Below, piece after piece: positions 44,670-52,919 of a DNA stretch of 64,000 bases. Under the pieces are notes generated by a model. That model ran no database searches, was not told the DNA's origin, and saw only the letters and a program-made list of their open reading frames with translations. Each line of letters starts with the position of its first letter. Within the stretch, counting starts at the first letter, position 1. The position numbers and the translations under genes are program-made. The stretch is from Candidatus Lutacidiplasmatales archaeon. GTDB lineage: Archaea > Thermoplasmatota > Thermoplasmata > Lutacidiplasmatales > UBA184. The stretch is taken from NCBI GenBank assembly GCA_044451945.1, contig JBIOKR010000001.1, forward strand, positions 7,672-71,671, written 5' to 3'.

Positions 44670-46181
44670 TTAACGATGCCGTCGGGCGTCGGCCGGCGCC
44701 AACGGGAGGAGCTTGCGGGAAGGCCCCGGCACGGCGGCGCGGATCGCCCTGAGCGGGTGGCGACGCACGTAGGCGTGCGGCGGGACGAACATGTGGTAGG
44801 GGATCGGAAGGAGAAGCGCGGTGCCGGCGACCACGGTCACGGAGGCGACCAAGTAGGCCAGGTGCACGCCGTAGCCCGCGAACATCCAGCCCCCGAGCAG
44901 GGTCCCGAAGAGACCGCCGGCGCCGGCGACCGCGTTGTAGAGACCGAGCGCCCGGCCCCGGCTCGCGCGGCCGACCAGCCGCACGAGAAACAGCGTGCTC
45001 GCGGTGCTGATGAACGCCCAGGTGATCCCCATCAGGGCGTTGAGGACGGTGATCCAGGCGACCAGCGCCGGGGAACCCATGCCGAATAGCACGTAGATCG
45101 GGGCCCATAGGAACAGGAGCATGAGCAGGACGCGGGCCCCGAGCGACTCGAGGAACACGGACTTCGGTGAATGACTCTCGACCGCCTTTCCCGAGTGGAA
45201 GAAGAGCGCGGTCGACGCGGCGCTCGAGGCGAGATAGACGACGAAGATGTAGGCGTCCGCGTGCGTCGCGCTGCTGCCGAACGCCTGCCAGAGGAAGACG
45301 GGGAACGGCCCGTAGAAGATGTCGAAGCCGACGGTCATCACGAACAGCGAGAGAAGGAACAACGCTTCGCGAGAGGGAAGCGGCTCTCGGGAGGAGCGGG
45401 TCAGGTCGACCAGGTTGAGGACGCGGCTGCGGAAGTGCCGGACCCTCTCGACGACCCCGCGGTGCAGGTTCAGAAGATCGGAAAGGCTCGAGCGGTCGAG
45501 CCGGATCGTCGGCTCCTCGATCCACAGCCAGGCGATCGCCGCGGAGAGGATCGCGAGGACCCCGGAGAGGAGCAGGAGCGCCGTCATCACCTGGACGATC
45601 GGCGCGTTCACCTCGATGACGAACATCCAGACGAAACCGATGCCCAGGCCGGCCGTCGTGCCGAGGCCCGAGATCAGCCCGAAGAAGCCGATGTCCTGCG
45701 GCCACCATTTCCGATGCCGGGTCTCGAGAAGCAGCATCGTGCCGATCGGCGCGCTCGCGGCGCAGGCGAGCCCTTCGACGACGTTGAGCCAGAAGTAGGT
45801 GATCAGATCGTGGGCGAGCGCGATCAGGATGATGCTGACTCCGGTCGCCAGGAACGAACCGATCAGGAAGAACTTGCGGTGTGCGACGCGGTCGGAAAGG
45901 TTCCCCCAGATGATCGTGAACGGCACCTGGCTCATCGCGCTCGCGGCGATGATGATCGTCACCGCGAACGCCCCGGCGCCGAAGTGCTGGAGAGCGAGGA
46001 GCGGGATGAGCGGGGTCGCTATTCCGTCCGAGATCGCGAGCGGAAGATACGCCAAGAACCACAGGTCGCTGCTCGAGGGGCGGATCCTGACGGGTGCGTT
46101 GACTTCCACGTCGCCCCCCGGAACCCGAGCGACCGGGGAAGACGTGTTTGGAGCGGGATAAAGGCTCGCGCGCGTCGGCAA
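44670..46181 (-). CDS. MFS transporter
   Basis: About 12 TM helices and GNLSDRVAHRK (MFS loop 2-3 motif). The exact start is uncertain. Confidence 0.85.
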   Translation of the reverse strand: MPTRASLYPAPNTSSPVARVPGGDVEVNAPVRIRPSSSDLWFLAYLPLAISDGIATPLIPLLALQHFGAGAFAVTIIIAASAMSQVPFTIIWGNLSDRVAHRKFFLIGSFLATGVSIILIALAHDLITYFWLNVVEGLACAASAPIGTMLLLETRHRKWWPQDIGFFGLISGLGTTAGLGIGFVWMFVIEVNAPIVQVMTALLLLSGVLAILSAAIAWLWIEEPTIRLDRSSLSDLLNLHRGVVERVRHFRSRVLNLVDLTRSSREPLPSREALFLLSLFVMTVGFDIFYGPFPVFLWQAFGSSATHADAYIFVVYLASSAASTALFFHSGKAVESHSPKSVFLESLGARVLLMLLFLWAPIYVLFGMGSPALVAWITVLNALMGITWAFISTASTLFLVRLVGRASRGRALGLYNAVAGAGGLFGTLLGGWMFAGYGVHLAYLVASVTVVAGTALLLPIPYHMFVPPHAYVRRHPLRAIRAAVPGPSRKLLPLAPADARRHR

Positions 46182-46233
46182 GCGCGCACGCTCCGGCGAG
46201 CCGTATAGCTCGCCGTTCGAGGGGAGAGTCGTC

Positions 46234-46758
46234 CTATTTCGCGGGGACCTCGAGTTCGTTCAGGAGCTCGAGATATTCGGCGTCCGTGATCCATTCCACC
46301 TTGAGGTACTCTCGGAGCACCTCGTCCGACACACCGAGCTTGCGCGCCTCGACGACGACGAAGCGGTACGCCTCGACCTCGGTCGGCCGGCGGACGTAGC
46401 TCTCGTTGCGGTCGAACAGCTCCATCCCCGCGTGCCGCTGGCGGATGTGGCACAGCTCGTGGAATATGTCGAGAAAGAGGATGAGCGCGGGGCTTTCCCT
46501 CAGGTGGCTTTCGCCGATGACGATGGTGTCGGTCCCCGGGGAGACGACCGGTTTCCATCGCCGGCGCAGCCCCTTGGGAAGGTCGTGGGGGGCGACGTAC
46601 ATCCAGAGGTCGTCGGCCACGAGCATCACGGACGTCTCGGCGAAAAGTCTCTTCCGGATTCCCGCGTCGTGCTCCTGGCGACGCGCGGTGGGAAGGCGGT
46701 CGAGGCCGGGGAAGGCGTCGAGGATCGGATGGAGCCCGAGCGCAAGCTTTCGTTGCAC
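46234..46758 (-). CDS. HExxH zinc-metallopeptidase-like protein (ImmA/IrrE-like?)
   Basis: LFLDIFHELCHIRQRH. The coding part is the C-terminal ~174 aa of a 589-aa run-on ORF. GTG 46758 is proposed as start (internal ATG possible). Confidence 0.55.
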   Translation of the reverse strand: MQRKLALGLHPILDAFPGLDRLPTARRQEHDAGIRKRLFAETSVMLVADDLWMYVAPHDLPKGLRRRWKPVVSPGTDTIVIGESHLRESPALILFLDIFHELCHIRQRHAGMELFDRNESYVRRPTEVEAYRFVVVEARKLGVSDEVLREYLKVEWITDAEYLELLNELEVPAK

Positions 46759-46875
46759 CTCGAAACCGTCGGGCGGCTCGCCGGTCTTCGTGCGGGGCGC
46801 GCTGGGCACGGCGCCCCGGAGACGGCTCGGCGGATAAGTTCGCGCGCCTAGCGAACGGAAATAACCCGAAGCGAG

Positions 46876-47844
46876 GTGGCCGGTGGAATGGCGAAGCCCC
46901 GCGCGACCCTCACCCGGGTCCCCGGGCTCAGGGTCGGCCACGCCGAGACCAGCGGACGCGACCGCACCGGCGTCACCGCCGTCCTCTTCGACGCGGCCGC
47001 CCCGACGGTCGTGAAGATCCTCGGTGGAGCGACCGCCACCTACGACACCGCCTCCCTCGACCTGAGCGCGACCTTCGGGCGGCGCTGGGCGCTCTTCTTC
47101 TCCGGCGGCAGCGTCTTCGGTCTCGATGCCGCGCGCGGCGTGCGCACCCGGGTCTTGGAGACCGGGGGCGGCCACAGCGTGTTCGGCAACTCGAACCGCG
47201 TCGCTCCGGTCTCGGGCGCTGCGCTTTTCGACCTGCCGAGTGGCCCCGCGCAACTTCCAGACTACACCGAGCTCGGCTATGCGGCGGCCCGTTCCGCGAC
47301 GAAAGGAGCCGTGGCCCACGGCCCCGTGGGCGCCGGAGCGGGGGCCCGCGTCGGCAAGTACCTCGGTCGCGCCCGCTCCGACCCGGGGGGTGTCGGCTCC
47401 GCCGCGCGCCGGCTTCCCGGCGTCGGATGGGTCGGAGCACTCGCCGCCGTGAACAGCGTCGGCGCGATCCGCGACCCGTCGACGGGAGCATGGGTCGCCG
47501 GGGCCAGGGATTCCCGCGGAGCGTTCACGCCCCCGGAATCGGGCGAGTTCGGTCGGCGCAGGTCCTCTCGTGAACGCGGCACCACGCTGCTCATCGTCGT
47601 CACCGACGCCCCGCTCGACCGGCCCGGGCTCGAGCGTGTCGCGAGCTTTTCGGCGACCGGGATGGCCCGCGCGGTCGTCCCCACCCATACCGCCACCGAC
47701 GGCGACCTCGTGTTCGTCGCCAGCACCGCCACCCGTCCTCTCCCAGCGTCGCGCGGCCGGGCCGGCTCCCTCGAGGACCGCCTCGGTGCCGTGGCCGCCG
47801 ACCTGATCGTCGAGGCCGTGCTCTCGGCGGTCGCCCCGGGCTAG
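46876..47844 (+). CDS. P1/S58-family peptidase (DmpA/BapA-like aminopeptidase)
   Basis: GLRVGHAETSGRDRTGVTAVLF, FSGGSVFGLDAA, GTTLLIVVTDAPL. Confidence 0.85.
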   Translation: MAGGMAKPRATLTRVPGLRVGHAETSGRDRTGVTAVLFDAAAPTVVKILGGATATYDTASLDLSATFGRRWALFFSGGSVFGLDAARGVRTRVLETGGGHSVFGNSNRVAPVSGAALFDLPSGPAQLPDYTELGYAAARSATKGAVAHGPVGAGAGARVGKYLGRARSDPGGVGSAARRLPGVGWVGALAAVNSVGAIRDPSTGAWVAGARDSRGAFTPPESGEFGRRRSSRERGTTLLIVVTDAPLDRPGLERVASFSATGMARAVVPTHTATDGDLVFVASTATRPLPASRGRAGSLEDRLGAVAADLIVEAVLSAVAPG

Positions 47845-48434
47845 CTGTTGGACGACCCGCTTCCCGGAGAGCGGCGTAGCGAGGTTCCCCGCAACCCGCG
47901 GATGAGGTCGGTCTTCGTGATGATCCCGATGAGCTGCCCGCGATGAACGACGAGGACGGCTGGGTACCTCGACAGGAGGCCCGTGAGCAGTTCGGCCGGG
48001 CACGCCTCGTCGACCTGCGGGTAGGCGCCTTCCTGGATGTCGTGGACGTGGGAGCGTGCGCGGGAGGGCTGCGCGAGCGCCTTGAGAAGCGCGCTCTCGG
48101 AGATCGCGCCGGTGACCCGTCCGCCGTCGAGCACGGGAAGCTGGGAGAACCCCCCGCGTTCCATCAGCTGGGAGGCGGCCGAGATCGGAGTGTTCCCGTC
48201 GACGGTGATCACCCCGCGCTTCATCAGGTCGGCGGCGCGTAACGTCGGGGCCGCCACCCCCTCCTGCTCCTCGAGGTATCCGAGAATCCGCTGGACGAGG
48301 TCGTAGGAGGGGCGGATCTGTCCTCGCTCGATCCGGGAGAGCGTGGCGTCGCTCCGACCGACCGCACGGGCCAGCTCCCCGAGGGGGATCCCCAGCGACA
48401 GTCGCCGCTTGCGAATCTCCGCGACCGCGTCCAT
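47841..48434 (-). CDS. XRE-type HTH regulator fused to a CBS-domain pair
   Basis: IRKRRLSLGIPLGELARAVGRSDATLSRIERGQ is an HTH_3 motif. Two CBS modules follow (MKRGVITVDGNTPI..., GQLIGIITKTDLIRGL). Start at ATG 48434. Confidence 0.85.
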   Translation of the reverse strand: MDAVAEIRKRRLSLGIPLGELARAVGRSDATLSRIERGQIRPSYDLVQRILGYLEEQEGVAAPTLRAADLMKRGVITVDGNTPISAASQLMERGGFSQLPVLDGGRVTGAISESALLKALAQPSRARSHVHDIQEGAYPQVDEACPAELLTGLLSRYPAVLVVHRGQLIGIITKTDLIRGLRGTSLRRSPGSGSSNS

Positions 48435-48585
48435 CGTGCCACCCCTCAAGCCGAGACGGGCCGATATCTTCGTCGGGGCCTCGTGGTGCTTCCAGGGCAC
48501 CCGGGTGCCTCGGGGGCGCTCGAAACGATGCCTCGCGGCGCTCCGAAACCTACAAGACGACTGACCCCCGTCCGACCTTCAAGCG

Positions 48586-48846
48586 ATGTCGGCCCCGCCG
48601 CGCCGCATTTCTTGGATCGTCGCGCCGCCGGAGATCTGCTGCCTCTGCAAGGAACCGCTGTCCAACCCGGCCGAAGCGAGCACGTGGAACGGCTCTCCCG
48701 CCCATCGGGACTGCGTGCGAGTCCACCTGATCCAGCGCGATCCCGCGTTCCGCGAAGGCGGGGAGCACGAGGAGACCACCGAGGACTCCTCGGAGTCGAT
48801 CGACGGGATGATCCCGCGGGACGACGACGACGGCGACCCGGGGTAG
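48586..48846 (+). CDS. Small Cys/His-containing protein with acidic tail (hypothetical)
   Basis: 86 aa with strongly G/C-biased third positions. Contains CCLCKEP...HRDCV and the tail EHEETTEDSSESIDGMIPRDDDDGD. Confidence 0.4.
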   Translation: MSAPPRRISWIVAPPEICCLCKEPLSNPAEASTWNGSPAHRDCVRVHLIQRDPAFREGGEHEETTEDSSESIDGMIPRDDDDGDPG

Positions 48847-49015
48847 GGCGTCGAGTCGCCCCGCGCCCTCCCGCCGGGCCCACCCCGCGGCCGACCGGCA
48901 GACCGTTCGACCGTAGAGGAGCCCCGGCGGAAGGCCGAGAGCGCTTCTTTCGTCGAAATCCATAATAACCACGCCGGCGTCTTGCCGACAGCCTCGGGGG
49001 AAATCAGGGGGGTCC

Positions 49016-50608
49016 ATGCCGGAAGTCGTCATCACCTGCGACTGGACGATGATGAGCAACCACCACGGGAAGGAGTTCTTGGGGTTCGGCACGACCACGG
49101 CCCCCTACGTCTTCCCGGAGTCCGTCTACCAGCGCCTCTTCTACCCGACGATGCCCGTCGATGAGAACGGCTACCCGGACCAGGCCCCGTACGGGATGCG
49201 CAAGGTCGAGGCGGCCCTCATGGACGCCGGCTTCGACGCCCGGATCGTCCACCCGAGCCACCTCGACAAGTACATGCCCGGGAAGGCGAAGGTGCTCCTG
49301 GTCTCCGGGCACGACTACTTCGGCCTCAATCCGCCCTCCTCCACCTTCGGCGGCGTGATGCGCAAGGAGACGCTCAACTGCATCAACTTCAAGCGGATGC
49401 TCACCCAGCCGCACGTCCTCGAGGCGCGCAAGCAGGGGATGAAACTGCTCGCCGGCGGCCCGTGCGCCTGGCAGCTATCCCCGGCGACCCGCCAGAAGGT
49501 CCCGTGGATCGGCGAGTTCGTGGAATCGATCGGCGGCATCGACAGCGTCGTCGAAGGGGAGGCGGACATCTTCGTCCGCGACCTGGTCAAGAAGGCGCTG
49601 AACGACGAGTTCCTCCCTCCGCACGTCGTGCTTACTCCGAAAGAGGCTCCGAAGATCGAGCAGATCTCCTCGATCCGCTTCCCGAGCGTCAACGGTTTGG
49701 TCGAGATCGGCCGGGGTTGTTGCCGGGGATGCTCGTTCTGCTCGGTCACGACCCGCCCCACCCGGTGGTATCCTCTCTCGAAGGTCGAGGAGGAGCTCAA
49801 GGTCAACCGGGCCGCGGGGATCCGAAAGGGCCTGCTCCACTCGGACGACGTCTACTTCTACGGCAGCCCGAACGTGATGCCGCGCGAGGAGAAGCTCCTC
49901 CCGCTGCTCTCGCTCGCCAAGCGCTACTACGACGAGGTCGGCTGGAGCCACGTGGCGATCGCTTCCCTCATGACCAAGCCCCGGCTCCTCGCCAAGTGCG
50001 CCGAGATCCTCATCGACGACCGCCAGGACTGGTGGGGCGTCGAGGTCGGGGTCGAAACGGGGAGCCCGAGGCTGATCACCGCCGCGATGCCCGGCAAGGT
50101 CGCCCCGTTCAAGGCCTCCCAATGGCCCGAGCTGGTCGTCCAGGCGGCCGGCCTCATGAACGACAACCACGTCTTCCCGGCCTGCACGTTCATCATCGGG
50201 CTCCCGCAAGAGACCGAGGACGACGTCCTGAAGACGATCGACCTCATCGACGACCTCTGGGACTTCCGGGCGATCCTCGTCCCGATGTTCTTCGTCCCGT
50301 TGGGCCACCTCAAGTCGAGGAACTGGTTCCGGCGCGACCAGGTCTCCGAGGTCCAGGTCGAGCTGCTCCGCCGCGCGCTCACGCACGGTCTTCGGCAATC
50401 GAAGAACCTGCTGCACGACTTCTTCAGCTGGGAGGGCGCCCACACCTCCGCCTACCGGTCGACGTTCCGCGGGTTCATCGCCTTCCTGGAGGTCGTGGTC
50501 CGGATGAACGGCCTGTGGAGCGAGCCCAAGGGGCCGACCTCCCCCCTCCTCGACCCGTTGCTCTTCCCCGAGCGGCTGCCCGTCCCGACGATCCCCGTTC
50601 GCGAGTAG
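49016..50608 (+). CDS. Radical SAM protein with N-terminal B12-binding-like domain
   Basis: CxxxCxxC cluster in GRGCCRGCSFCSV. The N-terminal VLLVSGHDYFGLNPP region is Rossmann-like. Confidence 0.85.
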   Translation: MPEVVITCDWTMMSNHHGKEFLGFGTTTAPYVFPESVYQRLFYPTMPVDENGYPDQAPYGMRKVEAALMDAGFDARIVHPSHLDKYMPGKAKVLLVSGHDYFGLNPPSSTFGGVMRKETLNCINFKRMLTQPHVLEARKQGMKLLAGGPCAWQLSPATRQKVPWIGEFVESIGGIDSVVEGEADIFVRDLVKKALNDEFLPPHVVLTPKEAPKIEQISSIRFPSVNGLVEIGRGCCRGCSFCSVTTRPTRWYPLSKVEEELKVNRAAGIRKGLLHSDDVYFYGSPNVMPREEKLLPLLSLAKRYYDEVGWSHVAIASLMTKPRLLAKCAEILIDDRQDWWGVEVGVETGSPRLITAAMPGKVAPFKASQWPELVVQAAGLMNDNHVFPACTFIIGLPQETEDDVLKTIDLIDDLWDFRAILVPMFFVPLGHLKSRNWFRRDQVSEVQVELLRRALTHGLRQSKNLLHDFFSWEGAHTSAYRSTFRGFIAFLEVVVRMNGLWSEPKGPTSPLLDPLLFPERLPVPTIPVRE

Positions 50609-50615
50609 GCGAAAG

Positions 50616-51149
50616 CTACTCCTCGTCGAGCAGCTCGGGCTTTTCGGAAAGCCCTTCGGGCCCCCGGTGCACGGGCCGCACCCGGTAGGTCCCGCTCGGG
50701 ACCGGGGTCGCCGGCTCGGGCCGACCGATCACGTCCAGGTGGACCTCTCGTCCGTTCCCGTCGTACGCCCTCCAGGAGCCGGAGTCGTAGGGCCGTCCCA
50801 GGATGATGTGCCGCCGGCCCCAGTGGCGGAAGAGGGTGACGTCCGCCTCCGACGGGTGGAGCGCTCCGGAGGGATGCGAGTGCACGGTCCCGGCGACCCC
50901 GAGGTCGACCGGCAGCATGTGGAGCTGGAAATTCGCATGTCGTCGGCCGGCGGTGGTGCCGGGGAGAAGGAGGAGGTCGGTGATCACCCCGGGGTCGTCC
51001 GCGCGCAGGATGCCGCCGAACTCGTTCGGCAGGGCGGAGCGGGCGCAAGCGAGCGCCGTGTCGAGGCATCGCCGGGTGATCGCCTTGGGCGCATCGCCGA
51101 TGCGGCCGTACCCCTCGGGCCGCTTACGGTGGGGTCGAAAGATTGGCAC
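50616..51149 (-). CDS. JAMM/MPN+ metalloprotease (Mov34 family)
   Basis: EFGG ... HSHPSGALHPSEAD is a complete E...HxHx7Sx2D JAMM motif. Confidence 0.85.
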   Translation of the reverse strand: MPIFRPHRKRPEGYGRIGDAPKAITRRCLDTALACARSALPNEFGGILRADDPGVITDLLLLPGTTAGRRHANFQLHMLPVDLGVAGTVHSHPSGALHPSEADVTLFRHWGRRHIILGRPYDSGSWRAYDGNGREVHLDVIGRPEPATPVPSGTYRVRPVHRGPEGLSEKPELLDEE

Positions 51150-52008
51150 GTCCCCTCCCTTCCGACTCCGGCACGTCCTCTCCCCAGGGGAGGATCCGCT
51201 TTCCCTGGAGGCGCTGGAAGAACCCCGAGCCGAACCTGAGGAACGACGCCCTCCGGGGGGATCGGTAGGCGACCAGCGCCTCGCTCCCGGGGAGCTTCGA
51301 TTCGTGCTGGCCGTCCACGACGACCACCCCCTCCTTTCCCGGGGCGAGCAGGCGCACCGAAACCGTGCGCGCGGGGTCGAGAAGGACCGCCCGGTGCGAC
51401 GCCTGGAACGGGGCGAGCGCCGTCACGACGATCAGCTCGAGCGCGGGATCGACGACCGGTCCCATGGCGGCGAGCGAGTAGGAGGTGGAGCCCGTGGGGG
51501 TCGCGACGATCACGCCGTCCGCGCGCAGTCGGCCGACCGGGCGGCCGTCGACGCCGATCTCGAACTGGCGCATCTTGGCGACCTGGCTCGTGTGGATGAC
51601 GACCTCGTTGGTCGCGTCGGGAAGATTGACCCCTCCCACCTGGGAGGCGATCTTCATCCTTTCTTCGACGAAGTATCGCCCGGAGAGCAGGCGCTCGAGG
51701 GCGGCATCGAACGCGTCCAGCTGGTCGCCGTCGACCTCGGCGAGGAAACCGACCGTCCCGGTGTTCACGGGGAACAAGGGGATCGAGGAGCGCTGGAGGG
51801 TCGAGAGGAAGGTGCCGTCTCCCCCCAGGGCGATCAGCACGTCGGCGGAGAGCGCCTCCACGGGGGCGTGCGGGAGCGCGAGCCCGAGGGATTTCGACGT
51901 CTCGCTGCTGAGCACGAGCTCTGCCCGGTCCCCGAACTTCGTGATCGCACGACGCGCGAGCTCGAGGGCGAGCGGCTTGTTCGGATTGGCGTTGATCGCA
52001 ATCCTCAC
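51124..52008 (-). CDS. nadK: NAD kinase
   Basis: ALGGDGTFL, NTGTVGFLAE, ATPTGSTSYSLAA. Confidence 0.93.
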   Translation of the reverse strand: MRIAINANPNKPLALELARRAITKFGDRAELVLSSETSKSLGLALPHAPVEALSADVLIALGGDGTFLSTLQRSSIPLFPVNTGTVGFLAEVDGDQLDAFDAALERLLSGRYFVEERMKIASQVGGVNLPDATNEVVIHTSQVAKMRQFEIGVDGRPVGRLRADGVIVATPTGSTSYSLAAMGPVVDPALELIVVTALAPFQASHRAVLLDPARTVSVRLLAPGKEGVVVVDGQHESKLPGSEALVAYRSPRRASFLRFGSGFFQRLQGKRILPWGEDVPESEGRGRANLSTPP

Positions 52009-52817
52009 AGGTATCCCCCCGACTTCGCGCCGTCACGGAACGCGCGGTCGCCGTAGGCGAATACGGTGGTGCGGTGGCCGAGTGCCAGGGGGAAGTGGTC
52101 GAGCGGTTCGAGCTGGGCGTCGCACATGCCGCCCCCCGCTTCGACGAGGATCCGGTAGGCGGCGGCGATGTCGGTGACCCTCAGGTTCCTGAGTTCGGTA
52201 TCGTTCTCGAACAGGTAGGCGTCGGCGCCGCCCTGCGCGACCAGTGCGACCTCGAGCGATGCACACCCGAGCGAGCGGATCCTGCGGCCCTTCGAGGCGA
52301 GGGCGACCGACCGGGGCGTCGAGTGCCGCCCCAGGTTCACGAAGAACATCTCCGAGCGTGCCTCCCAGGGGCGCGTGCGGATCGGTCGACCGTCGCGGAA
52401 CGCCCCACCGCCCCGGGAGGCCCAGTACGAGGTTCCGCTCGACAGGTCCTGAACGATCCCCACGTCCACGCCGGAAAGGTCCTTGCTACCGAGCGCGAGC
52501 GACACGGTCGAGAACGGAAGGGCGCGCAGCGCATTGTGGCTCCCGTCGATCGGGTCCATGACCAGGAGGCGGTCGCCGCCCCGCTCGACGAGCCCGATCT
52601 CCTCGCTGAGCACATTCCAGTCGACCCCTTCCGCCTCGAGCGCCCTCAGGACGTGGCTCTCGACGAGCCGGTCCATCTCCTCGGTGGGGCTCCCGTCGGC
52701 CCCCATGGCAACGACGTCTCCCCGGTGCGGCGAGGTCGCCGCCTGCCGGAAGGTCGTGCGCACGGAGGCGCAGACACGGAACAGCACCTCGAGCTCGGGC
52801 GTCGGCTCCTGGGTCAT
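52005..52817 (-). CDS. suhB: Inositol monophosphatase / FBPase-family phosphatase (possible NADP phosphatase)
   Basis: EEMDRLVE, VMDPIDGSHNA, and a WDxAA-equivalent TDIAAA. This is the C-terminal 270 aa of a 667-aa run-on ORF. Start at ATG 52817 (52874 possible). 4-nt overlap with nadK. Confidence 0.85.
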   Translation of the reverse strand: MTQEPTPELEVLFRVCASVRTTFRQAATSPHRGDVVAMGADGSPTEEMDRLVESHVLRALEAEGVDWNVLSEEIGLVERGGDRLLVMDPIDGSHNALRALPFSTVSLALGSKDLSGVDVGIVQDLSSGTSYWASRGGGAFRDGRPIRTRPWEARSEMFFVNLGRHSTPRSVALASKGRRIRSLGCASLEVALVAQGGADAYLFENDTELRNLRVTDIAAAYRILVEAGGGMCDAQLEPLDHFPLALGHRTTVFAYGDRAFRDGAKSGGYL

Positions 52818-52840
52818 CGTCGCGTACACGCGCCGGCGGG

Positions 52841-52846
52841 TAAAAG
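52841..52846 (-). promoter_or_regulatory. TATA-like element for the IMPase-nadK-JAMM unit
   Basis: CTTTTA on the minus strand, centred about 26 nt upstream of ATG 52817. Confidence 0.3.
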
Positions 52847-52890
52847 CGGTGAGCCCGCCCGGCGGCGAGCTCATGAATTTCCTCCCAGAG

Positions 52891-52896
52891 CTTAAG
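52891..52896 (+). promoter_or_regulatory. TATA-like element for the beta-CASP RNase gene
   Basis: CTTAAG centred about 26 nt upstream of GTG 52920. Confidence 0.3.
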
Positions 52897-52919
52897 TCGG
52901 GCACCTCGCTCGCGCGCCC

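Noticed and set aside
43804-46062. 752-aa ORF, plus the 667-aa ORF at 52005-54008 and the 589-aa ORF at 46234-48003, taken at face value
   Set aside because: Only the C-terminal parts have protein-like sequence (methyltransferase, IMPase, HExxH protein). The upstream parts run antisense through the MFS, beta-CASP and DmpA genes. Internal starts were used instead.
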